Positions 25,151-37,509 are shown, numbered from the stretch's first letter. The stretch: 39,945 nucleotides of DNA from Octopus bimaculoides (GCF_001194135.2 NC_068987.1:102264195-102304139); one strand, 5' to 3'. Notes: generated by a model not told the origin, from the letters alone. Translations and numbers: made by a program.

Positions 25151-25341
25151 GTAATAATCGTTTTCTGCTATAGGCACAAGGCCTGAAATTTGGGTAGGGA
25201 GATTGTCGATTACATAGACTCCGAAAAGTTGAAAGGAAAAGTCGACCTTGGCAGAATTCGAACTCGGAACATTAAAGATGGGCGAAATACCGCTGGACAT
25301 TTTGTCCAGTGTGCTAACGATTCTGCCAGCTCACGGCCCTT
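25151..25341 (-). mobile_element. SINE family B (copy B2), flanked by 10-bp direct repeat aaagtcgact
   Basis: The minus strand head reads gagctggcagaatcgttagc...gagttcgaattctgcc (A/B-box-like). Body and tail match B1. aaagtcgact lies at 25141-25150 and 25342-25351. Confidence 0.88.
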
Positions 25342-25692
25342 AAAGTCGACTCTAATGCTAAAAATTATATAGATATACAATTCTCTTTATTTATTTGAAT
25401 TATTTTTGGATATACACACAGTAAACGGTTGATAATCCAACGAAGCGAACTCAGGATTTACCCACTGGATGACATTTAGTGTTTACCTTAAGTAGTCCTA
25501 GGTTATTTCTCGCTATTCGATGCAATTAACCATAGCTTGATTATACATGCACACACTCATTCACATTACACACGCGCACACATACATATGCACACACACA
25601 CCCACACACATACACACCCACACATATATGTTGTGTTTTTGTGAATCTATGCATATATGTATATATAAACGTGTATGCATATATAATGCATG

Positions 25693-25723
<31 letters not shown>

Positions 25724-25826
25724 GTATATATATATATGTATATATATATATGTATATATANNNNNNNNNNNNNNNNNNNNNNNNNNNNNNNNNNNNNNNN
25801 NNNNNNNNNNNNNTATATATATATAC

Positions 25827-25885
<59 letters not shown>
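25827..25885. repeat. (AGAT)n microsatellite
   Basis: Perfect tetranucleotide run. Confidence 0.97.
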
Positions 25886-26805
25886 CAGACATATACCGTT
25901 TATTCCTTCGCGTCGCATCCATCAATAGTATCGAAGGGCTAACACCATTCTTACATAAACATTTTAATCCTTCTCTAAAAACCGTTGATTTCTTGAACAG
26001 GAGAAACATTTTGTTTTAAGTTATTCTCTATGTTTTCCTGAAATGTATTAGCGACTTGTCTAGTCTGATATCCGTAACGATATTATATAAGTATGAATGC
26101 ATATATTCTTTAAATATTATGCGTACATATATGCACATGCCTACATAATATATACACACAGAAATGATATACTTACAAATACAAGATTAACTGAGTCCTT
26201 AATACAATGAAAGAAGTGCATTTACTGAATACCTTAGCGTTAAATGTCCGCCATGTTTAATGTAAGAACTGTGACGTTTCGGTGCTATCGATAAGATGGC
26301 GATTGGATATTTTCATGTGACAGACAAATGGATTATTTATTGAGAGCATACCAAACGCTGGATTATACAGAAAGGTAGATTATTGCTTACATGACGCAGT
26401 TTTACTTAGTGTTTTCAGTGCACATCTCAGTGATTTGCAAACAATGTATTCCTCTCTGCTGCACACTACATTCTCTGTAAGATGTGTTTGTATGTATTTA
26501 TCGAATGTTGTGTAAATAACATGTTTACAAAATGTTAATTATTTAAAATTTCATATGGAATCACATGCGCAAGATAGATCCAACAAACGCAAGGTAGATC
26601 CAACAAACGCAAGAAAACACGCAGAAGTATTTCTGTGTGTACGTATACCGAAGTGCATACAGAGAACCACGTAAACATGTGTAGCCTTATTTGCCGTAAA
26701 GATATATAACTGGTTTAAAGTGTTAGATTTTCGTTCATGAAGCGTATCACACTTCTATGAAAGTCTGCTTTCTTCGTTCAGTGAGTCACAAGGCTACTGA
26801 TGTTT

Positions 26806-26849
<44 letters not shown>

Positions 26850-26992
26850 NNNNNNNNNNNNNNNNNNNNNNNNNNNNNNNNNNNNNNNNNNNNNNNNNNN
26901 NNNNNNNNNNNNNNNNNNNNNNNNNNNNNNNNNNNNNNNNNNNNNNNNNNNNNNNNNNNNNNNNNNNNNNNNNNNNNNNNNNNNNNNNNNNN

Positions 26993-27180
26993 GTATTATA
27001 AGTCGTGTATCAGCGTGCGTATATGTAAATATATAAAAACAAAAAGATAAAGAGAGCAAAGGTAAGGTTGGAGAAGTATTTTATATCCATAAAATACTTC
27101 TCCAACCTTACCTTTGCTCTCTTTATCTTTTTGTTTTTATATATTTACATATACGCACGCTGATACACGACTTATAATAC
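26993..27180. repeat. Perfect inverted repeat, 92-bp arms, 4-nt spacer, at contig edge
   Basis: 26993-27084 is the exact reverse complement of 27089-27180, with spacer atcc. Begins at the first base after an N-gap. Confidence 0.97.
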
Positions 27181-30055
27181 CCAATCCTGTTCATACAACG
27201 ACTGGGGCAAACTAGTCGGTATACAGCACTTACTCGGTATTACCTGTATCCTCCTGGGTTTGGTTAAATCCAATACCCTCCTCACCCTTATGTATGTATA
27301 TATATATATACGTTTATATATATGTGTGCGTGTATATATGTGTATGTGTCTGTATGTGTATCCCTATCTATATATGTATGTATATGTATATATAATTATA
27401 TTCATACACACATATATAATTATATGTGTGTACGTATATTGTATGTATGCAGGTCTTTGTATTTATCAATGTATATATTTTTGTCTATGGAATATAGGAT
27501 GGGACTGTATATGCGTGTTGATATAAAGTGCCATGTGAACAATCGTCACGTTATGTTCAAACGTACCCGCAACATTATAGAAGTCGCAGATAAAAGTATT
27601 CCAGCCCACAATAAAAAGATGTCATCCAACTTTCCGATATATATTTTATTCAATAACGTCATAACCTATAAAACACTGATCCATTATATGCTGGTATTTT
27701 ATCTTGTGCAACACTTACATTGCCAATTGCTTACTCGTACTTTATAGGTCCCACATATGCCATTGATGTTTTCCCTTCTTGTCTGTCTTATTACTACTTC
27801 TTACTCGCGAAACTCTCTACACAACCCTACCTGTAAATACCTCTATTCCGAAAGAGATCTTTCCAATGATATCCACTTTTACGCAACAGAAAATGGCCAA
27901 TTAAATTTTAAACACAATAGCAAATATCTAGGAAGCTGAAAACTCCTGAATATACCGTGGACACTTAAAAAAGAAGCTATATTACAATGTATTGTCAACG
28001 AAAAGTATATATTCGAGTTCCTTGAATCATTAGAGCTAACAGTATTTACCATTACATGCTGCCTTGTTTTTCACATAATGTACACTACATATTTACGTTA
28101 AAGAAGTGCGAATAATTTGATATTTGATCTATAGCGCAATTGCTGTAGTTACCTAACAAAATATAAAGATTGAGTATAAAGTAATTTTGAGCTTTTCGCA
28201 TAATATTCTTTATAATAAATACAAGATTGCATTTCCACAGAGTGGGCAAAATAGGCTTTCTCAAATTTTCTATTCATGCAAGACTCTCGGTATCAAATGA
28301 TTAATTTTAGAAGCCGTCTAAGCATATTTTAAACTTCTAAAAACATGTCAGAAATAATTGTTTGAGAGTAAGATACTTACTTTTTTGGAGTTAGTAGTTT
28401 AACTCAAAATTCTTAGACGTTAAAAGTTGGTAATTTGGATGGACTAGCTTCCGGATTTAAGTGTTTCTTGAAATTTAATAATTATGTTTATTGCAACTGT
28501 TGATCAGCATTTATTCTTAGATCTATTTTAGTAGACTTTTATTTTTTATTTAGAAACAAAATCTCTACATAATCACATCTAAAGAAATTGTATGTAAAAT
28601 TTTAAAGCATCTATCCATCTAGTAACGTACACCATTTTAATGCAATCCAAATTTTGTGAGTTCTACTTAAAACTTTGAATTTAGACAAAATATGTAATCT
28701 CTGTTCGTTGTATTTCTTGCGAAGATACTGCTTTACAACTCAGATTTGGCTTTAACTTATATGTGGAAAGTATTGTTTTTGACTTCTTCACATTAGACAA
28801 ATATTTCAACATTGAATCGTCTATAATTATGACTTAAGGATATTTTCTACGAGAGAAAAATGTACAAAGGTCTTCTAAATATTTGACCTCATCGATGGCT
28901 CTATATTTACCTCAAAATATTTATGTCAAACTTAAGTACATAACGTTTCTTTGGATTTCAAAGAATGAAACTAGAAGTTAATCCCCTCAGAGCTGAACAA
29001 GAGGTAAGGAACGACAACAATGCATATCATAATTATTATAATAAATTTATTCATTATTTCAACTTCAGTAATTACTACTTGCAGAATGCTTAGTTTTGTT
29101 TTTCCATATTGATCAACTTATTTTTGCAGGAAATACTTCTTACGTATATAATTTTGACCTTGTCAGGAGTTGAAATTTAGTCAATACTGCCTCTAAGTTT
29201 GTCAGCGACGTATTTGCAATCAATTACAAAGCTGGATATAATACCCTCCTTTGTTTGATTGAAAAATCGCAACTCTGAGTCGAAAATCCTATTGTGGTCA
29301 ACTTCTCTTCTGGTCTGCAGTATCGATGAATAATATGCAAGCCTGTTGTTGGGAACGAATTTTCTCTCTCGCTCTCTACCTCCTAGCCTTTCTTTCTCTC
29401 CATCTCACTCTCCCCACTCTCTCTCTCTCTCTTCATTCTTTCTCTCTATTTCTTAGGATTGTACTTGTAGATAAATATGTCTCAATCTCTTATATTGCGT
29501 CACGTTCGCTTGACACATGACTTATGTTTATTGTAAAAGTGTCTTTGCTACAGCTACTTAAGAGCTAATTTCCTTCACAGGAATTCTCTTTGTCAGACAA
29601 CTGAATGCTCAACATAATAACCGTCAGATATCTCCCCAGTTACCCTTGGTTATGTTAATCAAAAGTAAAAGTCCTTTAAGCACACTTATTCGTTGAAACA
29701 ATTGATGATAAACTTAACAGGAAAATGTACCCATTGGATATATGCACTTCTAAATTTCCTTTTTCTAATGAGAGTGAGGGCTGTTGTATTCATCGTATAT
29801 TTGCAAGATCAAAGCTGATGTGAGAGACAACGCAGTTACCAGAAGTAGCAAGAATTTATCATTTACAATCGCTAAATGTATTAAATTGAATCGTTCCCAA
29901 ACTAGTATAGGCGTAAAAGAGTGAAGCTAGAACGTAGAATTCTACTTCCCTGAGTGAAACCGAACCATCGATACCTCAACACTATTGAAGTGGCAGAAAA
30001 ATTATATCGCAAGCAAGAGTACTTAATATAGAGTTTTGTTGACAACAGTTATATT

Positions 30056-30057
<2 letters not shown>

Positions 30058-30096
<39 letters not shown>

Positions 30097-30150
30097 AAGA
30101 GAGAGAAGTGAGAGAAAGAGAAAGAGAGAGGGAGAGAAAGAGAGAGAAAG
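30058..30150. repeat. (GA)n-rich microsatellite
   Basis: GA run that degenerates into GAAA variants. Confidence 0.93.
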
Positions 30151-30203
30151 AAGATATAAATGCAATGTCATAGATTTCAATATTACTTATCCAGTCCTAC
30201 ATA

Positions 30204-31430
30204 CGAATGTCGATTGAAAAGTTCATAAGCTGACGAAGGTATTGTCATGTAATACGACAGAATGAGGTTTATTTTTCGACATATTCTCCCTTGCGATCCA
30301 TACATTTCTATTTGTGTTGCAGTGTTGCATCCCATTGGTTAAGAAGCTTTCATCGTGTTCGTCTAAAACGGTCATCAACAGCAGATACATCATCGTCACT
30401 GAAATACTGATTCCCACTCAACTGCTTTTTTTTTTTTCACGTTAAGGAAGAGATTATATGCAGACGTAGGCAAACCAGGAGAGTAGAGAGGCTGATGAAC
30501 CAGTTCAAAGACACAGTCGCCTGTTGAAACCTAGAACATGTGTGCTGGGCCATTGTCATCATGCAACAAAACCGCTTTCGTCAGTTTTCCTGGGCGTTTG
30601 ACTCCTGGGATTCTTTCATAACTGCTTAAGCAAGTTGGGATAGTACTCTCCATTGACAGAGAATTCACAATGCCTTTTGCATCCCAAAAACTGAGGCCAT
30701 CAACTTCACTGCAGATGAAAAGATTTTGGTCTTCTTCGGAGCATCCGAGGAGGAGTATTTCCACCCACTGCATGGATTATCACTTTGCTTCTTGTTCATC
30801 CAAGGTTAGGAAATGTTTAAGGAAGTCAGCTGATAATACTTCTAACAATGTCATATTCTCCTGCAATGTAATGAATCTGGTGCGTTCTTGATCAAGTGAC
30901 AAGACGTGGTACCCACTGAGCACAAACCTTCTTCATGCTAAGTTCTTTATGCAGAATATTCTTAAGTCTCTTGCGGGATATGTCAATAGCATTGGCTATT
31001 TAATTTATAGTCAATTGCCTGTCATCCATCATATTGTGGTGAACACGGTGAATGTTATTCCTGGTGGTGGAAGTTGTTGGGCATCCAGACCTGTGGTCAT
31101 CTTCAAGACTCTCTGCTCTCCTAAATTCAGCGGCCCACTTTTGCACTGTTGAAAATGACGGAGTGTCATCCTATAATGTAGCAACCTTCACAGCATGAAT
31201 GTCGTTGGAGGCTGAATCTTTATTTTGATAACAACACGATACCAAATTGTGTCCATTTTCAAGAGAAGTCATCACTAGTTACGTTTGAAATCTTCCTTGA
31301 ATAGTCAAATGTCATTTTACCTGGAAAAAAAGAATGCAGGTATTCATACGGAGATTGGAAATTAAGTTATGCAAGCTTTCACAGATCAAGCATCATTCTT
31401 TCAGAGTCAATAATGCAGCCCAACCTTGTA
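30204..31430 (-). mobile_element. Decayed mariner (DD34D) DNA transposon, near full length
   Basis: The left end is TA + cgaatgtcgattgaaaagttcataagctgac (TIR-like). The right end is only weakly recognisable (caaccttgta, ~31421-31430). Length ~1.23 kb is typical of mariner, and it contains the transposase pseudogene. Confidence 0.8.
30269..31256 (-). pseudogene. Mariner transposase pseudogene
   Basis: Minus-strand translation across breaks: MDTIWYRVVIK, FSTVQKWAAEFRR.ESLEDDHRSGCPTT (HTH), KKVCAQWVPRL (WVPHEL-type linker), FLTLDE (first D), SMQW, FWDAKG, KRPGKLTKAVLLHDDNGPAH (second D), HQPLYSPGLPTSAYNLF (degenerate YSPDLAPSD), DRKGEYVEK*. Confidence 0.92.
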
Positions 31431-31998
31431 CATACATACATTGTAAAAATCTGTAAAACTTTCCAGAAGTTTATCATTTAAATATATATCTGAGCTTCAC
31501 TAGATATGTAAATATATGCATGAAAATACATACGTAAAACATACATACATACATACATACATACAAACAAGCTAAAATATCTTGTTGTTGGTGTTGAGAT
31601 TCCAATGAAAAATCTTGGATGTAGGTTAGATACGGGTTCTTTTTCTATTGGCAAGATATTTTGAAATAAACTGAATAACGACATACATAGAAAACTAGTA
31701 ATACTTCATAACACGAAGAAAGAGCAAATGAAACTGTGGCGGATTCTCCAATTCCAATCTCTTAATGGTACACTGAAGATTTGTAAGACATTCCAAAAAT
31801 TCTCCATCTAAGATTATTATGTGAATAGAAGCACATACCTGTATGTATGTATGTATGTATCGACAGTTCAATTAACCCACCAAATTAACCACATATTTAC
31901 AAACACAAGCAACACCTTTAATTCAAAAAGTGTTGACGCTTTGCTAGCGACCGTTTAACTCTCTCAAGAACTTAAATAAATCTCAAAGAAAAAGCATG

Positions 31999-32047
<49 letters not shown>

Positions 32048-34198
32048 GTAGAGAAAAAAAAAGCAACACTTTAGTAGATATTTAGTTTACTTTTGCAAAC
32101 GATTCAAACTCCTGGGTGCATTTCTATTGTCTCATTCCAGCAACTACATACTTCAGTGAATGTTTTGAGATATATAATATCTCCATAAGTGTTTATTTGC
32201 AAAACAATTCGTCATGATTTAAATTTCTGAAAACGTATTTTAAAGCATTTCTCACTTTTATACATCACAAACTTTTTTACATGAAATCTTTAGGAGTTTT
32301 GGATATTATATAATAAAGATAAATGAAATAAGTTATATAACAAAGTAAAATATACTATGATATGATTACACTTTTTCAATTTTCATGCGGGATGACATAT
32401 CTCTTGTCTAGATATACTAAAAGTTAGTGTTTATATGTAATTCGTATATACAAATATATATATATACACAGATTCACTCCACATATAAGCATCGTTACAC
32501 ACAGATATGAACAATATGTTTATAAATTAAACACACACATATGTGTGTTTAGTAGGAAGTTGTAAGCACTTAAACGTGTCATGAACTGAAGTATCATTGT
32601 AAACAATATGAGTGACGTTGAAGTATCTGTCATCTCTTACATCAGAAGGCATTATGGCAGATCAATCTTATTAATGAAACGCGTTGTCAATCAGGTGATT
32701 GAAAAATATTTTCTAGTATATTACTGTATATGTGTGTGCATAGATTTATATCAAAACATACATATACATGTATGTGTGTGTGTTTGTGTGTGTATGTTTG
32801 TGTGTGTGTGTGTGTGTGTTTGTGTATTTTACATAATACACATATATGTACACAAACGTGTGTGTGTGCGTGAATTCATAATTGGATAGATATTATTCAA
32901 TATTACGTGTAGTGTCCACATTTCCTTCGCCNNNNNNNNNNNNNNNNNNNNNNNNNNNNNNNNNNNNNNNNNNNNNNNNNNNNNNNNNNNNNNNNNNNNN
33001 NNNNNNNNNNNNNNNNNNNNNNNNNNNNNNNNNNNNNNNNNNNNNNNNNNNNCCCCTCCTCCTCCCCATTCTTCTTCATTTATTGCGTTACAAGTGGCTA
33101 TGTTAGCATTTCGATGACCAATGGAAAGTGCCTTTGGGCACGTTCTGCATATGTAGCAGAGTGAATAGCGTAGCGCAAGTGTACATCGCATTCCGAAGTA
33201 CACTCGTATTCCGAAGTATACACGTATTATTGATATTCATAAACAGGGTGACTATCGTTCCTGAATTTTTATCAAATTTACTGATCATTTGTAAGATTTT
33301 AAAATGTAATAGAATATGTAAAATCAAACAAATTGATATCTCAGTAGATCCAACTCTATAGACACACACTGTTATCATCAAATGGCATCACAATATCCTT
33401 CTCGGGCATGGTAGACAAAGATGCTAAAGGAAGCTACAACATAAACTCAATCTGGTGTTAGGACAAGGAAAATTCCTAAACCTGTCTTGACTTATCTGGA
33501 AACTTCGAGTTCCTGAAAATGACTTGCCCTATATCACAAGAAGCATCCTTCACTGAATCGTATCTTACTTACTTGAAGGACAGAATTACCAAACTTTTAC
33601 TCTATGAGAAAGTGCAAATAATGTATTCCTTCAGCACGGCATATCCTGAAATCGGAAAAAAATACCTGTCTTTTTCAGTGACCATAGGGACGGAATTTAA
33701 TGAACTAAAAGATTTTAGTAATAATCTGATTATACTATCATCGGTTGGTCATCCATAGACAATTGCAGGTTACACATTTTCAGCGGCCTTTAGAAGTTGT
33801 AAACTGATATCATGAAATAAGTTTCTTTCCCGTGATAATTGTTGAAGCTAAAATACCACAACGTATAATACGACTAATTCACTAATTGACAACTACTGAT
33901 AATCTACATTACAAGATACAATATAATCTACATTCCAATGATAGACAGGATGTTTATCATCCTGCGTAAAACCGACAAAAGCAAAAAAAAAAGACCAAGT
34001 TGTTAATATAGTTAAAAAAATACAAAATAATAAAACGTGATTTAAAATGGCTAATTAGCATTAATTAATGCGTAAATACTTGAAGGTATCTTGAATTCCT
34101 TTTAAATTCCCTCCACTTTTCCTCGTATGTCGGACGAGGCGGATATATCGCATCTATTAAAAAATACATGTAAATTCCACCAAAGTAAATATATATAT

Positions 34199-34234
<36 letters not shown>

Positions 34235-34416
34235 ACATAGACAGACAGACTCATACACGTATACATACATACACATGCGCAAGCACGCACACACACACAC
34301 ATGCGTGCGTATATATATATAACAATATTACACGTCAAGTACATTAATAGTTGAAATCTTTTTGATTATAATTTACTTTAGTGGCCAAGTCCGTGAGCTC
34401 GAGAGGCAAAGTATCA

Positions 34417-34515
<99 letters not shown>
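34417..34515. repeat. (ATAG)n microsatellite
   Basis: Near-perfect tetranucleotide run. Confidence 0.97.
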
Positions 34516-35162
34516 CTATTAGGGATACACACTCAGGATACCCGTACTTTCACACAGGCCACGCACAGTTCGCGCAAACATACACACTTATACTTATTTA
34601 AAGGCATACACGTCTCACAAGAAACTAGAAACCTGACAAATATTTAGATACATTTCACACATTGACACACACACTGGAGATATTCAGTGAATATGATTGC
34701 TTAGTGAAGCTCTGTAGTCTCATTGCGCAGAGGCGCTCTCCGAGCATCAGTTGCGAAAGTGCTCTTGATGTAACACTAACTTTGCTGTGATACTATCTCA
34801 AGGCAACAGCCTTCCCCCTGGCTACGACGAGATGTCGAACTTCTGTCATCATCATAATGTTCGGCAGAGTAGCTATTTTTAAATGTCAGAGTGTATCCAA
34901 AATGAAAGGCCTGCAGTTTACATCTCCGCAGCCCAAATCTGCCACAAAATATCTAGCGAAATTAAGCTTGCGTCGACAGCGAGCAACATGGGAAAAAATC
35001 ATGGTGTTAGAGAGGATCCGAAATAAAAGACAAGACTTAATTCGGAAGGTTACATCATACTTTGCCTCACGAAATCTCGGGCTTGGTAGCTGATGTAAAT
35101 TATAAGCAAAAAAGATTTCAACTATAAATATATTTGACATATAACATTGCTATACATATACA

Positions 35163-35217
<55 letters not shown>

Positions 35218-35427
35218 GCGTGTGCATGTGTATGTGTGACTGTTTGTCTGTATGTATGTAGAGTTGGAGACAGTGGCTTGGTAGCAATAATATCGTTACA
35301 CATACACATGCATGTTACTCCTTCATATAGGCACCATCGTACTTGCTGTTTACAAACAAATATGCGTAGGTATACCCCTTCAGATAGACATACATTGATA
35401 TTCATATTCAATATACGCATATATATG

Positions 35428-35430
<3 letters not shown>

Positions 35431-35486
<56 letters not shown>
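35431..35486. repeat. (AC)n microsatellite
   Basis: Perfect dinucleotide run; a further (CA)/(TA) block lies at ~35160-35217. Confidence 0.97.
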
Positions 35487-35489
<3 letters not shown>

Positions 35490-35679
35490 TTTATATAAGG
35501 ATCATCTCATAAATGATGCAGTTTTTTTCAATTGCATGAACTAAAAGTTGGTAGGAACGGGATAAACTACCCACTAACGTAGACGGGCGGGATTGTAGGG
35601 GTGGTCCGCCCCATACGGTATTTTGGGTCTGCAGTAGGCATTTTTTTGTGGGGTCCGGGGTCAGTAAAGAGATGGGCTA

Positions 35680-36545
35680 TCCTGCATCAGCTTGCTATAA
35701 AAGCAGATAGTAATTTTATGTTGTACATATTCTTATTACAAGTTCTGAAGAGTGCCGTTCGAATTCAACGGTTACTTTTTTAAAGCTATACTGGAATTGA
35801 CCAAGGAGCATATTCCGCATGTTTTGCTTTATGAGTTCAATTGAGGGAACGACGCAACGGAAAGTGCGAGGAATATTATTGCAGTATATGGGGATCGTGC
35901 AATAAGCATAAGCCAATGTCAACGGTGGTTCCAGAAATTCTGAGCTGGAAACTACAGACTAGAAGACGAGCCTCGTCCTGGAAGATCTGCAAAGCTTGAT
36001 GAGGACGTCCTGCAAACACTTAAGGAACAAAATCCCATCTTAACAGCTGCTTGGATTTGGTCATTCAAATCTTGGATTTGGTCATTCAAGCTTGGATTTG
36101 GTCATTCAAGTCAGCGCTAGAACGAAAACGACCATCCTTGGTTTGAAGACGAAAGGTGTTCTTCCCTTAGGATAATGCTCGGCCTTATAAAGCGAGGATG
36201 ACATTCCAAAGATTTGATCAGTTTGAATGGGAAACGATGCCCCATCCACTATATTCAGTGGACAATGCCCCCATCTGAATATTATTTATTCCGCTGTCTT
36301 CAATACAATTTGGAGAGAAAAATATGAATTCTGCAGACGAGTGCAAAACAGTACTGCAGGAATATTTTTCGTCACGGATAAGTGAATTTTGGAAGAAGGA
36401 CGTTGCAAGTCCACCAGATAGATGGAAGTGCATTGTAGAAAATGAAGAAGGAGAGTACATTTTAGATTTAGAATAAGAATTTTGTTTATCTTAATTTTTT
36501 AAAAAATAAAAGAAGTATAAAAACCCGCATTCTTTATGGGATGAC

Positions 36546-36551
<6 letters not shown>
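35680..36551 (+). mobile_element. Internally deleted mariner element (second, distinct family)
   Basis: The 5' UTR-like region has TATAAAAG at 35696. It contains a transposase relic and a right TIR (cccgcattctttatgggatgacccaata, to 36551) running into (TA)n. No clear left TIR. Confidence 0.82.
35791..36476 (+). pseudogene. Mariner transposase pseudogene with large internal deletion
   Basis: (L)ELTKEHIPHVLLYEFN*GNDATESARNIIAVYGDRAISISQCQRWFQKF*AGNYRLEDEPRPGRS (HTH), then a jump to ALERKRPSLV*RRKVFFP*DNARP (second D) and ETMPHPLYSVDNAPS.YYLF (YSPDLAPSD-like), ending GEYILDLE*. The WVPHEL linker and first catalytic D region are missing. Confidence 0.92.

Positions 36552-36598
<47 letters not shown>
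36549..36598. repeat. (AT)n microsatellite abutting the mariner TIR
   Basis: Perfect run beginning at the TIR/TA junction. Confidence 0.97.
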
Positions 36599-36602
<4 letters not shown>

Positions 36603-36651
36603 GCTAAGCTACTGTCTCCAACCCTACTTGAGGGAAAATGACTTTGTGTAC

Positions 36652-37400
36652 CCTTACCAGCGTTTTCTATTCTTCGCTTCTGTTTCAGCTTCTTCCCAGT
36701 CAGAAAATATTAATTCGTTCTGTGCTATTTTGATGATGTATTTGCAGGTCTTACTCCATTTCAGGAACTTGATATTAGTGCATTCTCTATGATGTACTGT
36801 CTTGTTTTCAATTTGCGAACAGAGCAGACAAAATATAGCCATCTACTCTATTTTGTTCTCTGTTTTTGCATGGTACATTCGTTATTTCTCAAACCATTTC
36901 TCTTCTTACAAATTGTTGTATTTATCTGCTGGATTCTTGAAGTTTAATGTGCTATTTTCAATTACTTAAAACGATTGGATATATTTTGATTACTCTACAG
37001 TGGTTTTCATACATTCAACCAATCCTTACTATTGATGTATCAATCTAATTTTCTTATGAATCGTATGTACGCTTTTTTCAACACATTTCAAAGTATTACA
37101 CATGATTGATCTGCCGTGATAAATTGTTCATTAAATTAGTTTGTAAAGGCGCATTGATTTCTGTAAAAGTTCTAAGATGTTTACACTTACATCATTCTTG
37201 TTGTAAGTGTTCATTCATTGACGCATTTCTTCTATCCGATTCCTTAGTCCTCCTATTCTTTGTTTGATTGATATTTATCAGTTTTGTCAAGTTTGTATAG
37301 CTTTCGTTGTGTTTTTGATGTTTCATTACTAAGCAAAACAACGATATAAGCAGATTTGTTGCAGAATATTTAAAGGATTATCGAATTAAAATAAATTTGT
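36652..37400 (-). pseudogene. Decayed LINE (RTE-like) ORF2 C-terminal region
   Basis: The minus strand gives SRWL ... G.RP.NT ... DWEEAETEAKNRKRW, resembling the recalled RTE C-terminal pattern (RW.GH...GRP..TW...W.EA...A.DR..W). The upstream part is too degenerate to fix the boundary. Confidence 0.5.
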
Positions 37401-37509
37401 AATTGAATATCGAAATCAGTCTGTCATGCTTGAGTCTGAAAATGATGATGTAGGCATCAATTCTACCGGGAACAAAGTAAATGAAATATACAAGAATATA
37501 GACAAGGGT

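Noticed and set aside
26568-26613. 20-bp tandem duplication (similar short duplications at 7141-7180 and ~33189-33228)
   Set aside because: Two-copy slippage duplications without spacers; these are ordinary and not CRISPR-like.
27757-27939. ORF ending in KYLGS, resembling LINE RT motif 7
   Set aside because: A single short motif with no upstream YADD or GL motifs at the right spacing.
28238-28260. cagagtgggcaaaat resembling a Tc1-type TIR start
   Set aside because: No matching inverted copy or transposase relic found downstream.
29563-29700. Good branch point and acceptor (gctaatttccttcacag) followed by a short open frame
   Set aside because: No convincing donor and no recognisable peptide.
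34886-35140. VADLGCGD in a minus-strand ORF, resembling methyltransferase SAM-binding motif I
   Set aside because: A stop follows within ~12 codons, flanking splice signals are weak, and no other methyltransferase motifs are present; likely chance.
65-35544. Numerous ORFs rich in HT/CV/YI/IYLS repeats or X runs
   Set aside because: They are translations of dinucleotide and tetranucleotide microsatellites and N-gaps, not genes.
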